Position numbers and translations under genes: made by a program. From assembly GCA_040772225.1 (NCBI GenBank), contig JAXGYO010000002.1, positions 1,200,448 through 1,264,447 on the forward strand: a DNA stretch of 64,000 bases, read 5' to 3'. This DNA is from Anaerolineae bacterium. GTDB lineage: Bacteria > Chloroflexota > Anaerolineae > UBA1429. The notes under the pieces are model-generated. The model saw nothing but the letters and a program-made list of their open reading frames with translations. It was not told where the DNA came from and searched no databases. This document shows, in pieces, positions 10,702 to 21,731 of the stretch. Position 1 is the first letter of the stretch. Every line of letters begins with the position of its first letter.

Positions 10702-11148
10702 CTAGCTCAACACCTCTACCGTGCCACCGGCCGCCTCGATCTTGGCGCGCGCCTGCTCAGAGAACTTGTCTGCGCGCACAATCAGGGCGCGATCAAGCTC
10801 GCCGTCGGCCAGCACCGCGATCGGGGTATCTGTGTTCTTGATCAGGCCAGCCGCCATCAGGATCTCGGGATCCACGACCGTGCCAGCCTCAAACCCTCCG
10901 AGATCGCCCACGTTAACCGGCACATACTCTACCCGGTTCACGTTGCGGAATCCGCGCTTTTGCGCCAAACGACGCACCATCGGCAACTGGCCACCCTCAA
11001 AGAAGATGTGCCCCCCGCGGCCCGTGCGCGAACCCTGTCCCTTGGTGCCAAAGCCACCGGTCTTGCCCTGACCCGCGGCGATACCCCGTCCTCTGCGCTT
11101 GCGCTTGGACTTGGCACCATCCGCCGGCCTGAGATCGTTCAACTTCAT
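10702..11148 (-). CDS. rplO: 50S ribosomal protein L15
   Basis: [26 protein letters not shown]. Confidence 0.95.
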   Translation of the reverse strand: MKLNDLRPADGAKSKRKRRGRGIAAGQGKTGGFGTKGQGSRTGRGGHIFFEGGQLPMVRRLAQKRGFRNVNRVEYVPVNVGDLGGFEAGTVVDPEILMAAGLIKNTDTPIAVLADGELDRALIVRADKFSEQARAKIEAAGGTVEVLS

Positions 11149-11345
11149 GATGCCACCTCTTCGACTTGGACCAGGTGCCTAACACTGGCCAGCATGCCAA
11201 GGATCGGGCCGCTCGCCTTCTGCTCGACAGAATCGCCCAGATGTCGCAGCCCCAATGCCTTGATAGTAGCCTTCTGCCGCTTATCATAGCCGATCGCGCT
11301 CTTGACATAGGTGATGCGCAAAGTCTTATTCTCCATTGCGTACAA
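11145..11345 (-). CDS. rpmD: 50S ribosomal protein L30. The true start is probably the internal MENKTL at about 11336.
   Basis: [25 protein letters not shown]. Confidence 0.9.
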   Translation of the reverse strand: MYAMENKTLRITYVKSAIGYDKRQKATIKALGLRHLGDSVEQKASGPILGMLASVRHLVQVEEVAS

Positions 11346-11868
11346 CCCTCCAAGGCGGCAACAACTCTTCCATGCTCTTGCCGCGCGCCTGCGCGCGCTC
11401 CTCGAAAGCGTTGAGCTCCTGTAATGCCTTGAACGTCGCCATCACCACGTTGAACGAGTTATCGCTGCCCAGCGACTTGCTGAGCACGTCGTGCACGCCC
11501 GCGGCTTCAACAACCGCGCGCACACCACCACCGGCGATAACGCCCGTCCCGGGAGAAGCCGGCTTGAGCATGACCTGGGCCGCCCCATAACGTGTGGTAA
11601 TATCGTGCGGAATCGTCCGGCCAAAGAGAGGAATCGAGACCATACTGCTCTTGCCTCGCTCTACGGCCTTGCGAATGGCGCTGGGTACGTCACGGGACTT
11701 GCCCACGCCGACGCCAACGCGCCCCGCACCATCTCCAACCACGACAAGCACGCGAAAGCCAAACCGCCGACCACCTTTGACCACTTTGGCCACGCGGTCG
11801 ATGCTTACCACTCGCTCCTGGAGCTCTTCGCCTTCGCCGTACTCGTCGTACCTGTTTCTATCGCTCAT
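11326..11868 (-). CDS. rpsE: 30S ribosomal protein S5
   Basis: [29 protein letters not shown]. Confidence 0.95.
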   Translation of the reverse strand: MSDRNRYDEYGEGEELQERVVSIDRVAKVVKGGRRFGFRVLVVVGDGAGRVGVGVGKSRDVPSAIRKAVERGKSSMVSIPLFGRTIPHDITTRYGAAQVMLKPASPGTGVIAGGGVRAVVEAAGVHDVLSKSLGSDNSFNVVMATFKALQELNAFEERAQARGKSMEELLPPWRVVRNGE

Positions 11869-11922
11869 ATATCTCTCCTCGCTATCCCCGCCCCTAACGG
11901 CAGGTGAAACATCAGACGCGTA

Positions 11923-12291
11923 CTAGAACTCCAGACCGGCCTCACGCGCCGCTTCCGCCAGAGCCTTAACCCGACCATGAAACTGGTAGCCCCCGCGATC
12001 AAAGACCACCGCACTCACGCCGACAGCCTTGGCACGATCAGCAATCGCCTTTCCGACCACGCGCGCGCAATCGGTCTTGGTGAGACCGGCACACTGAGCG
12101 CTCAGCTCGCGATCAATCGAAGAGGCTGCAGCCAGGGTATGCCCTGCCACATCGTCGATAACCTGCGCATAGATATGCTCCAGGCTCCGAAACACGTTTA
12201 GGCGGGGGCGCTCTGCAGAACCAGAAACCTTACTGCGAACACGCCGATGCCGACGCGCACGCGCCTCATGAACTCGTTGTGTGTTACTCAC
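11923..12291 (-). CDS. rplR: 50S ribosomal protein L18
   Basis: [20 protein letters not shown]. Confidence 0.95.
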   Translation of the reverse strand: MSNTQRVHEARARRHRRVRSKVSGSAERPRLNVFRSLEHIYAQVIDDVAGHTLAAASSIDRELSAQCAGLTKTDCARVVGKAIADRAKAVGVSAVVFDRGGYQFHGRVKALAEAAREAGLEF

Positions 12292-12842
12292 TTACCGCCT
12301 CCAGTCCGGCCGGCCTTTCCTGCCTTGCGACGGATAGTCTCACCCTCATACGCAATACCGGTACCATGATATGGCTCAGGCTTGCGTACCGCACGAATCC
12401 GCGCGGCAGTCTCCCCAACCAGTGCCTTGTCAGCGCCCATCACGGAAATCTGGCGCCCACTGCGGTCGACCTCGAAAGACACTCCCTCGGGCGCCTCAAT
12501 CCGCACCGAATGGCTGTAGCCTACATACAGAGTCAAAACGTTACCCTGCACCTCACCGCGATAGCCCACGCCATTAATCACAAGGCGCACCACGAAACCG
12601 TCCGTTACGCCAGTGACCATGTTGGCGAGCAATGCGCGCGTGAGGCCGTGCAGGGCTCGATTCTGCTTGGAATCGTCCGCACGAGAGACCTGCAGCGTGC
12701 CCTCGTCGAGGCTGAGCTGCATCTTCGGGTGCACATCCAACGCCAGCGTCCCTTTCGGACCCTGAACCGTTACCATCTGTCCATCTATGCCCACCTGCAC
12801 GCCACCAGGCACGGTAATGGGCATACGTCCTATTCTTGACAC
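12288..12842 (-). CDS. rplF: 50S ribosomal protein L6
   Basis: [17 protein letters not shown]... with two L6 repeats. Confidence 0.95.
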   Translation of the reverse strand: MSRIGRMPITVPGGVQVGIDGQMVTVQGPKGTLALDVHPKMQLSLDEGTLQVSRADDSKQNRALHGLTRALLANMVTGVTDGFVVRLVINGVGYRGEVQGNVLTLYVGYSHSVRIEAPEGVSFEVDRSGRQISVMGADKALVGETAARIRAVRKPEPYHGTGIAYEGETIRRKAGKAGRTGGGK

Positions 12843-12876
12843 AGTTACTACCTCCCGATCAACGACAGCCCGTTAC

Positions 12877-13275
12877 TTACCATACCTCGCACAGGACTTC
12901 ACCACCGACGTTCTGACGCCGCGCCTCGCGGCCAGCCAGTACGCCCTTGGGGGTGGAAAGCACCACAGTCCCAAGCCCGTAACGCACCCAGGGGATCTCA
13001 TCCTTCTTGGCGTAGATACGGCACCCGGGCTTGCTCACGCGCCTGAGCCCCTGAATGAGCGGCTCCTGCGCACGCGTGTACTTGAGAAACACGCGCAGCA
13101 TGGGGAATCGGCCGTCACGCACTGTCTCGTATCGATCAATATAGCCCTCCTCCTGGAGAACCTTGGCCAAAGCCTGCTTAACTCCAGAGAAGGGAATCAG
13201 GACATAGCGGCGGCCAACGGCCTGCCCGTTACGTATACGCGTAAGCATGTCGGCGATAGGATCACTAAAGCTCAT
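12877..13275 (-). CDS. rpsH: 30S ribosomal protein S8
   Basis: DPIADMLTRIRNGQ. Confidence 0.95.
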   Translation of the reverse strand: MSFSDPIADMLTRIRNGQAVGRRYVLIPFSGVKQALAKVLQEEGYIDRYETVRDGRFPMLRVFLKYTRAQEPLIQGLRRVSKPGCRIYAKKDEIPWVRYGLGTVVLSTPKGVLAGREARRQNVGGEVLCEVW

Positions 13276-13378
13276 CTACCAGCACTCCCTTTCAAGTCGG
13301 CGGCACAACCGCCGCGTGCTCTATCCGCTACAAGTCGTGAACAGTGAGCAGCCACGGAACTGCTGCCCCACTGATAAA

Positions 13379-13576
13379 CTACCAGCTGGACTTGGTCACG
13401 CCCGGAATCTTGCCGTCCATGGCCAGCTCCCGGAAGCAGACACGACAGAGGTCAAAGCGCCGCATGTAGCCCCGTGGGCGGCCACACCGCGAGCAGCGGT
13501 TACGCACGCGCACCTGGTACTTGCGATTCTTTTCCCGCGCGATCATCGACTTTTTTGCCACTCTTGTCCTCTCCAA
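13379..13576 (-). CDS. rpsN: 30S ribosomal protein S14, type Z (zinc-binding). The start is probably at VAKKS (GTG).
   Basis: [45 protein letters not shown]. Confidence 0.9.
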   Translation of the reverse strand: MERTRVAKKSMIAREKNRKYQVRVRNRCSRCGRPRGYMRRFDLCRVCFRELAMDGKIPGVTKSSW

Positions 13577-13619
13577 TCCTCGGCGCCAGGCTCGTCTACT
13601 ATAGTGCCCAGACTATGGG

Positions 13620-14186
13620 CTATGCGGCTACCTGGGCAGCTATACCCACAAAGGGCATCCCCATGAGCTCAAGCAGGCGCCGCCCTTCCTCATCGGTCTC
13701 AGCGGTCGTTACAATGCTGATCGACATGCCACGCACCTTGTCGATCTCGTCATAGTCAATCTCCACGAACACCAACTGCTCGCTGAGTCCCAGCGAATAG
13801 TTGCCCCGCCCGTCGAACGAACGACGCGAAATCCCCCTAAAGTCCCGCTGCCGGGGCAAGGCGATGTTGATAAGCCGATCCAGGAACGAGTACATCCGAT
13901 CCTGACGCAAGGTAACCATGACACCGATCGGATTGCCCTCGCGCAGCTTAAAGTTGGCGATGGACTTGCGCGCCCGGGTCACAATAGGCCTTTGTCCGGT
14001 GATCTTGGTGATATCGCGGGTGGCAGCCTCAATAGCGTTGGCGTTCTGCAACGCCTCGCCCAGGCCCACGTTAACCGTGATCTTTTCCACTCGCGGCACC
14101 TGCATCACGCTGGTGTAGCCGAACTCTTCCATCATCCGCGGAACGATCTCGTCCCGATACTTTTCCTTCAGCCTATGCATCCTCAT
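13620..14186 (-). CDS. rplE: 50S ribosomal protein L5. The start is trimmed to [10 protein letters not shown], and the 42-aa track extension is rejected.
   Basis: [24 protein letters not shown]... Confidence 0.9.
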   Translation of the reverse strand: MRMHRLKEKYRDEIVPRMMEEFGYTSVMQVPRVEKITVNVGLGEALQNANAIEAATRDITKITGQRPIVTRARKSIANFKLREGNPIGVMVTLRQDRMYSFLDRLINIALPRQRDFRGISRRSFDGRGNYSLGLSEQLVFVEIDYDEIDKVRGMSISIVTTAETDEEGRRLLELMGMPFVGIAAQVAA

Positions 14187-14226
14187 ACTCCCCAGGCCCG
14201 CGCCGTAACTGCGTCGGCCCCTCGTC

Positions 14227-14541
14227 CTAGTCGATGACTTCGTTGCACTTGCGGCATACACGTACCCGGCTGCCGCCACTCTCTTCAACGCTAATGCGCG
14301 TGGGCTTGTCACAACGAGGGCACACCAACATCACGTTTGACACGTGAACCGGCGCCTCCATCTCGATGATGCCAGGCTCTGTGCGCATATTCGCGGTGCG
14401 TCGCTGCGCCTTTTTCACAAGCTTGACGCCTGACACGACGATACGCTGTTCCTTGGGCATCACCACGCGCACAGTTCCGCGTGTGCCCTTATCGTTACCG
14501 GCGATCACCTCGACGGTATCCCCTGCTTTGATCTTCATCAC
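14227..14541 (-). CDS. rplX: 50S ribosomal protein L24 with a C-terminal C4 zinc ribbon (Thermus-type)
   Basis: [17 protein letters not shown] (KOW); [10 protein letters not shown]...RVCRKCNEV. Confidence 0.9.
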   Translation of the reverse strand: MMKIKAGDTVEVIAGNDKGTRGTVRVVMPKEQRIVVSGVKLVKKAQRRTANMRTEPGIIEMEAPVHVSNVMLVCPRCDKPTRISVEESGGSRVRVCRKCNEVID

Positions 14542-14573
14542 ATACTCCTCAAGACCCGATCCAACAGCCCCGG

Positions 14574-14942
14574 CTAGAGCACCTCAGGGGACAGAGACAC
14601 AATGCGCATGAACCCTGCATCCCGAAGCTCTCGCCCCACGGGGCCGAAAATGCGTGTTCCGCGCGGGTTCTTGTCTGCGTCCACAATCACGGCCGCATTA
14701 TCGTCGAACCGCACGTACGAACCGTCAGACCTGCCGTACTCTTTGGCGGTGCGAACGATAACAGCTCTCACAACTTCCTTTTTCTTTACAGAACTGCCGG
14801 GCGTCGCCTCTTTGACCGAGGCCACAATAATATCGCCCACCCCTGCGTAGCGTCGCCGCGTGCCGCCGAGCACCTTGATGCACATGATCTCGCGCGCACC
14901 GGTGTTGTCGGCGACCGTTAGCTTGGTGAATGGCTGAATCAT
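14574..14942 (-). CDS. rplN: 50S ribosomal protein L14
   Basis: [27 protein letters not shown]. Confidence 0.95.
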   Translation of the reverse strand: MIQPFTKLTVADNTGAREIMCIKVLGGTRRRYAGVGDIIVASVKEATPGSSVKKKEVVRAVIVRTAKEYGRSDGSYVRFDDNAAVIVDADKNPRGTRIFGPVGRELRDAGFMRIVSLSPEVL

Positions 14943-15015
14943 CTCGCGTCACTCCACTCTATCGTGATGAGCACCCTCGCCCCTTGTCGGACGGGACCTG
15001 GCACTCTGTACCTTC

Positions 15016-15255
15016 TCAACGGTCGCTGATCTCAACCACGCGCCAGCGCTTGCGCCGACTCAGAGGCCGGGATTCTTCGATCGTCACCCAGTCACCCTCG
15101 TGCGCAGCACCCTCTTCATCATGCGCCATGTACTTTTTCGCTGTGCGCAGGATCTTGTTATACACAGGATGGCGCTTGCTGGAGGTGACTTGCACCACCA
15201 CTGTCTTTTCCGTCTTGTCACTCACAACCTGGCCGCTCAAACGTCTACGTGGCAT
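15016..15255 (-). CDS. rpsQ: 30S ribosomal protein S17
   Basis: GQVVSDKTEKTVVVQV. Confidence 0.95.
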   Translation of the reverse strand: MPRRRLSGQVVSDKTEKTVVVQVTSSKRHPVYNKILRTAKKYMAHDEEGAAHEGDWVTIEESRPLSRRKRWRVVEISDR

Positions 15256-15256
15256 C

Positions 15257-15460
15257 CTACTGCTCCCCAGTCTCTAGCTCGCGCTCACGAAGAATCGTGT
15301 GTACACGGGCAATATCCCTGCGCACCTCTTTGATGCGGCTCGTGTTGTCCAGTTGCCCGCTTGAGCGCTGGAACCGCAGATTGAACTGCTCCTGTTCCAT
15401 CTCTTCCAGCTCCTGGGCAAGCTCCTCAGTCGTCATCTCATGTAACTTGCTGGCCTTCAT
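15257..15460 (-). CDS. rpmC: 50S ribosomal protein L29
   Basis: [20 protein letters not shown]...QFNLRFQ. Confidence 0.9.
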   Translation of the reverse strand: MKASKLHEMTTEELAQELEEMEQEQFNLRFQRSSGQLDNTSRIKEVRRDIARVHTILRERELETGEQ

Positions 15461-15888
15461 TCCTCAGTCCCTCGCCCGGCTTCATCCCGCGCTGTGATGG
15501 CCGTCTTGATAGGCAACTTTTGCGCAGCGCGCCACAGCGCATCCTTCGCAGTAGCCTCATCCACGCCGCTAACCTCGAACATGATGCGCCCTGGCTTGAC
15601 CACGGCCACATAATGATCAACAGCGCCTTTACCACTACCCATACGCGTCTCTGCAGCGCGCATTGTCACCGGCTTGTCCGGGAAAATGCGGATCCATACC
15701 TGGCCGCCGCGCTTCATCACGCGCACGATCACGCGTCGTGCCGCTTCGATCTGACGGCTGGTGATCCAGGCCGGCTCCAGCGCCTTGAGACCGAAATCGC
15801 CGAAATTGATATCCGCACCACGATACGCCTTGCCACGCATCCGCCCGCGGTGCTGTTTACGATGCTTGAGCCTCTTGGGCATCAACAT
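15457..15888 (-). CDS. rplP: 50S ribosomal protein L16. The start is trimmed to [12 protein letters not shown], and the 72-aa track extension would overlap rpsC.
   Basis: [21 protein letters not shown]. Confidence 0.9.
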   Translation of the reverse strand: MLMPKRLKHRKQHRGRMRGKAYRGADINFGDFGLKALEPAWITSRQIEAARRVIVRVMKRGGQVWIRIFPDKPVTMRAAETRMGSGKGAVDHYVAVVKPGRIMFEVSGVDEATAKDALWRAAQKLPIKTAITARDEAGRGTEE

Positions 15889-15893
15889 GACTG

Positions 15894-16568
15894 CTATACT
15901 CCCTCGACGCGACCCGTCGCCCCATTGGACTCGGGAAGCACGTCTCCACGATAAATCCAGACCTTGACGCCAATGCGTCCAGTACTGGTCGCCGCCTCTT
16001 CCGTCGCGAAATCGATATCCGCACGCAGCGTATGCAGGGGAACCCGTCCCTCGCGCACCCACTCGCGCCGGGCCATTTCTGCGCCCGACAGACGACCGGC
16101 ACACAAGACCTTGATACCCTGGGCGCCGCTGCGCATCGTGCGCTGCACAACCTGTCGCATCACACGCTTGTGAGCCACCCGGCGCTCCAACTGCTCTGCG
16201 ATACCCTCAGCAACCACACGAGCATCGATCTCGGCGTTTGCGACCTCGACGACATCCACTCGCAGGCTCTTGCCCTTGATGTCAGCCATCTCCTCAAGTC
16301 GCGCCTTGAGAGCATTGATGTTGGCACCGCGGCGCCCGATCACGATACCAGGCTTGGCCGTGACGATCGTGATGTTGATCTGCTTGGGGAACCGCTGAAT
16401 CTCGATGCGCGAGACACCGGCCCGTCCCAGGGTGCTCCTGATCTCTTTGCGAATCTCAATGTCTTCAACCAGGAGTTTGGAATACTCCTTGCCCTCGGCG
16501 AACCATTTGGATTCCCAGTCCTTTATAACCCCCAGCCTAAAGCCGATTGGATTTACTTTGCGCCCCAA
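15894..16568 (-). CDS. rpsC: 30S ribosomal protein S3
   Basis: [24 protein letters not shown]. Confidence 0.95.
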   Translation of the reverse strand: MGRKVNPIGFRLGVIKDWESKWFAEGKEYSKLLVEDIEIRKEIRSTLGRAGVSRIEIQRFPKQINITIVTAKPGIVIGRRGANINALKARLEEMADIKGKSLRVDVVEVANAEIDARVVAEGIAEQLERRVAHKRVMRQVVQRTMRSGAQGIKVLCAGRLSGAEMARREWVREGRVPLHTLRADIDFATEEAATSTGRIGVKVWIYRGDVLPESNGATGRVEGV

Positions 16569-16591
16569 GATGCCTCCTTGCCTTACCTAGC

Positions 16592-16936
16592 TCAGGCTTG
16601 CTTAGCCGTGACTATTACGGTGATATGAGAGCTCCGCTTGAGAATGGGCTTGTATCGACCGCGAGCCCCAGGATGGCCCCGCCGAAGCGTCGGGCCCTCG
16701 TCCGCGCTAATCGCGGAGATAACCAACTCGTCGGCAGAGAGTCCATAATTCTCTTCGGCGTTCGCGACTGCCGACTGCACGACCTTGCGCACCTCATAGG
16801 CAGCGGCACGCGGCGTGAACCGCAAAACATCCAGCGCCTGGTTGGCGGGCATGCCCCGAACCAGATCTGCAACCAGCCGCACTTTTTGCGCCGACATGCG
16901 TATGTACTTGGCAACTGCACGTACTTCTAATGACAT
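16592..16936 (-). CDS. rplV: 50S ribosomal protein L22
   Basis: AVAKYIRMSAQKVRLVADLVRG. Confidence 0.95.
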   Translation of the reverse strand: MSLEVRAVAKYIRMSAQKVRLVADLVRGMPANQALDVLRFTPRAAAYEVRKVVQSAVANAEENYGLSADELVISAISADEGPTLRRGHPGARGRYKPILKRSSHITVIVTAKQA

Positions 16937-17000
16937 CAGCTAATCTCCTACAACCCACTCGTGAGTATCACGGGCCGTGCCAAAGGACGCCCGCCGTAAT

Positions 17001-17282
17001 CTAACGGACGCGTGTCCTGCGCTCCTTGGCAGCATGCCCGCGAAAGTAGCGGGTCGGCGCAAACTCTCCGAGGCGGTGCCCCACCATGTTCTCAGTCACG
17101 TAGATGGGAATATGCCGGCGACCGTCATGTACCGCGATAGTGTGCCCCACCATCTGGGGGAAAATCACCGACGCGCGGGACCATGTACGGATAACGCGCT
17201 TGTCCCCGCGCCGGTTCATCTCCTCGACCTTCTTCAGCAGCTTTTCCGAAACGAACGGTCCCTTTTTCAGAGATCGCGACAT
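17001..17282 (-). CDS. rpsS: 30S ribosomal protein S19
   Basis: [11 protein letters not shown]...[23 protein letters not shown]. Confidence 0.95.
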   Translation of the reverse strand: MSRSLKKGPFVSEKLLKKVEEMNRRGDKRVIRTWSRASVIFPQMVGHTIAVHDGRRHIPIYVTENMVGHRLGEFAPTRYFRGHAAKERRTRVR

Positions 17283-17335
17283 TTACAGGCCTCCCCACTA
17301 CGTTCCTTGCCGGACAGTTCGACTCTTGACTGCGC

Positions 17336-18169
17336 CTAGCGCTTTTTCGCGCGACGGCGAACAATATCCTTGTCAGTACGCTTGTTATGGCGCGTCCTAT
17401 AGCCCAGCGTTGGCTGGCCCCATGGCGACTTGGGTCCGGGCATACCTATGGGCGCCTTACCCTCGCCACCGCCGTGCGGATGGTCACGCGGAGTCATTGC
17501 AGAGCCACGGGTGTGCGGCCTGCGCCCCAACCAGCGCTTGCGCCCCGCCTTACCCAGCTTGATGTTGGCCGCTTCGACGTTACCAACCTGGCCGATGGTC
17601 GCCATACAGTTGCGCGCAACCACTCTCACCTCACCCGAGGGCATACGCAACTGCACGAGCTCGCCCTCCTTGGCAAGGATCTGCGCCCCTGTGCCAGCAG
17701 CCCGCACCAACTGCCCGCCCCGCCCACTATAGAGCTCTACATTATGAACTACTGTACCCAGCGGGATATTGCTAAGCGGCAACGCGTTACCAACCCGGAT
17801 GTCGGCCTCAGGGCCAGACACCACGCGATCGCCTACCTGCAAACCAGCAGGAGCCAGAATGTAGCGCTTCTCACCATCAGCATAGACCAACAATGCGATG
17901 CGAGCGGAACGGTTCGGGTCATACTCGACCGAGTCCACCCGCGCGGGCACACCGAACTTGTCTCGCCGAAAATCGATGATGCGATAGCGACGCTTGTGAC
18001 CGCCCCCACGATGCCGGACTGTCACCTTCCCGCGAAAGTTACGGCCAGCCTTCTCCTTGAGAGGAGCCAGGAGCGACCTCTCCGGATCACGCCTGGTGAT
18101 CTCCTCGAACGTAAAACCTGACATACCTCGGCGTGAAGGCGTTGTCGGTTTGAACTGCTTGATTGCCAT
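17336..18169 (-). CDS. rplB: 50S ribosomal protein L2
   Basis: 277 aa, ...[13 protein letters not shown]...[13 protein letters not shown]. Confidence 0.95.
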   Translation of the reverse strand: MAIKQFKPTTPSRRGMSGFTFEEITRRDPERSLLAPLKEKAGRNFRGKVTVRHRGGGHKRRYRIIDFRRDKFGVPARVDSVEYDPNRSARIALLVYADGEKRYILAPAGLQVGDRVVSGPEADIRVGNALPLSNIPLGTVVHNVELYSGRGGQLVRAAGTGAQILAKEGELVQLRMPSGEVRVVARNCMATIGQVGNVEAANIKLGKAGRKRWLGRRPHTRGSAMTPRDHPHGGGEGKAPIGMPGPKSPWGQPTLGYRTRHNKRTDKDIVRRRAKKR

Positions 18170-18218
18170 AATCTAATCCCCTCGGCTTACAGCGATGATC
18201 GAGCTACTCCGACCGACC

Positions 18219-18506
18219 CTAGACACCCTCAAAGAAGCTGATGCTATCGCCTTGCGCCAATGTGACGATCGCCTTCTTCCACTCTTGTGTGTGCGTGATA
18301 TGCCTGCCGGTGCGACGCGTCTTGCCCGGCACATTGATCACGTTCACACCCACAACCTGCACGTCAAAGATCTCTTCGACAGCCTTACGCACCATCTGCT
18401 TGGTTGCGCGGCCATCCACCTGAAACGTGTAGCTGTTCAGCTGGTCGGCCTGATAATTAGACTTTTCCGTCAGTATCGGTCGCCTGATTACCTGGAAATG
18501 GTTCAC
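18219..18506 (-). CDS. rplW: 50S ribosomal protein L23
   Basis: VIRRPILTEKS. Confidence 0.95.
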   Translation of the reverse strand: MNHFQVIRRPILTEKSNYQADQLNSYTFQVDGRATKQMVRKAVEEIFDVQVVGVNVINVPGKTRRTGRHITHTQEWKKAIVTLAQGDSISFFEGV

Positions 18507-18560
18507 CGAATAACGCTCCTATCCTCAATACGATGGCTCTGCGCCCATCCCTGACCCAGG

Positions 18561-19199
18561 TCAGGACTGGAGATCTGTCCGAAGAAATCCCTCAATCTGT
18601 CCCACGGACTCCCGCGGCATCACGATATAGTCATAACGTAGCAGATCCCGGATGCTCAGCATCTGAGCGTTGAGCATCTTGATCTGCTCCAGGTTTCGCG
18701 CCGAAAGCTCGACGTTCTCGTTGTGAGCAGGGAGCAAGAACAACGCCGACGACTCGCCGATATTCAGATTCGCAAGCACCGTGCGCATCTCTCGGGTCCT
18801 GGGCGCTTCCATGCTCAGCTGATCGAGCACAATGATCTGGTCGCCTGCAGCCTTGACTGAGAGCGCTGACCGAAGCGCCAGACGGCGCATCTTGCGGTTC
18901 ATCTTTTGCGCATAGCTACGAGGACGGGGACCAAAGACCACACCGCCGCCCTTCCAGTTCGGTGCGCGGGTACTGCCCTGACGGGCACGCCCTGTGCCCT
19001 TCTGACGCCACGGCTTGCGACCACCGCCAGCAACCTCACCGCGTTCCTTGGTCTTGGCTGTGCCAAGGCGCGCGTTCGCCAGCTGCCGCACCAATGCCTG
19101 ATGCATTACAGCGGTCGAGGGCTCGATGCCAAACACACTATCGTTCAGTTCTATCTCGTCGACCGTTTCACCGGCCATGTTTACTACCGGAACTCGCAT
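18561..19199 (-). CDS. rplD: 50S ribosomal protein L4
   Basis: 212 aa, in the conserved L3-L4-L23 order. Confidence 0.9.
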   Translation of the reverse strand: MRVPVVNMAGETVDEIELNDSVFGIEPSTAVMHQALVRQLANARLGTAKTKERGEVAGGGRKPWRQKGTGRARQGSTRAPNWKGGGVVFGPRPRSYAQKMNRKMRRLALRSALSVKAAGDQIIVLDQLSMEAPRTREMRTVLANLNIGESSALFLLPAHNENVELSARNLEQIKMLNAQMLSIRDLLRYDYIVMPRESVGQIEGFLRTDLQS

Positions 19200-19239
19200 T
19201 TGAACACTCCTGCGTATCGTCAGTGTGAGGCCAGGCCGG

Positions 19240-19866
19240 TTAGGCCACCTTGACGGCGTTGCGAACCATCACCAATCCACCCACGGGACCCGGGACCGAT
19301 CCCTTTATCGCAATCAGGTTACGCTCCGGGTCCACCTTCACCACCGACAGATTCAAGGTGGTCACCCGCTCGCTTCCCATGTGCCCGGGACCGCGCATCC
19401 CCTTCCACACACGACCGGGTGTCGATGTGGAACCAATGGATCCAACTGCCCGAAGCCTATCAGACTGACCGTGTGTCTTGGGACCACCCTTAAAGTGGTG
19501 TCGCTTGACAGCGCCGGCAAAGCCCTTGCCCTTGGAGGTTCCGATCACATCGACCAGTTCTCCAGGGCTGAACAAGGTCACATCGAGGATCTGCCCCACC
19601 TTGTACGCTTCAGCGTCTTCCGTCGCTACCTCACGCAGGTGCTTGAGCATCGGCAGGTTGCGTAGATGGCCCTTCTCGGGGCTATTGAGACGAGGAACCT
19701 GATCAAAACCGAGCTGAATCGCGCTATAGCCATCGCTGGTCTCGGTTTTTACCTGGGTTACATAGCATGGACCCAGTTCGACGATCGTCACAGGGGTAAT
19801 GATACCTGACTCGTTCACAATACGAGTCATCCCGACTTTTCTGCCCAGTAGCGCTTTTCTCTTCAT
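19240..19866 (-). CDS. rplC: 50S ribosomal protein L3
   Basis: LLGRKVGMTRIVNESG. Confidence 0.95.
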   Translation of the reverse strand: MKRKALLGRKVGMTRIVNESGIITPVTIVELGPCYVTQVKTETSDGYSAIQLGFDQVPRLNSPEKGHLRNLPMLKHLREVATEDAEAYKVGQILDVTLFSPGELVDVIGTSKGKGFAGAVKRHHFKGGPKTHGQSDRLRAVGSIGSTSTPGRVWKGMRGPGHMGSERVTTLNLSVVKVDPERNLIAIKGSVPGPVGGLVMVRNAVKVA

Positions 19867-19974
19867 TTTCTCCGCCTCAGAGGGACTCTAGCGAGCGGCC
19901 GCTGGTGATTCTCTACCAGGAGGGCCACAAGGGTCCGCCCCTTTCCCCCGTTGAACTTGTTACAGGCCCGTTGC

Positions 19975-20286
19975 CTAGAGCTTGATCTCGATATCGACGC
20001 CGCCAGGGAGATCAAGGCGCATAAGCGAATCAATCGTCTGGGGGTTCGGGTCCAGAACATCGATCAGGCGCTTGTGCGTACGAATCTCCAACTCCTCCCG
20101 GGAGTCACGGTCGATAAATGGCGACCGAGCCACCGAGAACTTTTCGATGCGCGTCGGCAAAGGGACCGGCCCTACGACGGCCGCACCGGTCCGCTCGGCT
20201 GTATCCACGATCTGCCGAGACGACTGGTCGAGAACCCTGTGATCATACGCCTTGAGCCGGATACGAATCCGCTGTTGTCTTGCCAT
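19975..20286 (-). CDS. rpsJ: 30S ribosomal protein S10. The start is trimmed to [11 protein letters not shown].
   Basis: [18 protein letters not shown]. Confidence 0.9.
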   Translation of the reverse strand: MARQQRIRIRLKAYDHRVLDQSSRQIVDTAERTGAAVVGPVPLPTRIEKFSVARSPFIDRDSREELEIRTHKRLIDVLDPNPQTIDSLMRLDLPGGVDIEIKL

Positions 20287-20395
20287 GCTCTCCTCAATCC
20301 GCGAGATCTGCAACCCCTTCAGTCTCTACACGTGGCCCGAACGAGCCACGTGTAGCCTGAACGGGCACGTGTCCACCAGTGTCCGAAAAACCTGC

Positions 20396-21598
<1,203 letters not shown>

Positions 21599-21666
21599 CC
21601 CGATCTCCTTTCCTCAGCCAAGGGCCCACATTACGGGGCCCGTTCTTGACGAACGCAAACGTTAAC

Positions 21667-21694
21667 AGTATACGAATCACATCAATCTTGGCAA
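21667..21694 (-). promoter_or_regulatory. Putative sigma70-like promoter (TTGCCA-N16-TATACT) for tuf in the fusA-tuf spacer. A GGGCCC-N8-GGGCCC palindrome lies in the leader.
   Basis: Read on the reverse strand. Coordinates are approximate. Confidence 0.3.
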
Positions 21695-21731
21695 ATGTTC
21701 ACTGCTTCCAGATTCTGGCTCTCGTTCACTC

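Noticed and set aside
13620-14312. Long N-terminal extensions in the ORF track for rplE, rplP, ddl, murC, murF, ftsI, rpsJ, mraZ, S8 and the rSAM gene
   Set aside because: The track takes the most upstream ATG/GTG/TTG. For the rSAM ORF the first codon is actually TTG. The extensions overlap the upstream gene and are not part of the conserved family sequences. Internal starts were chosen instead.
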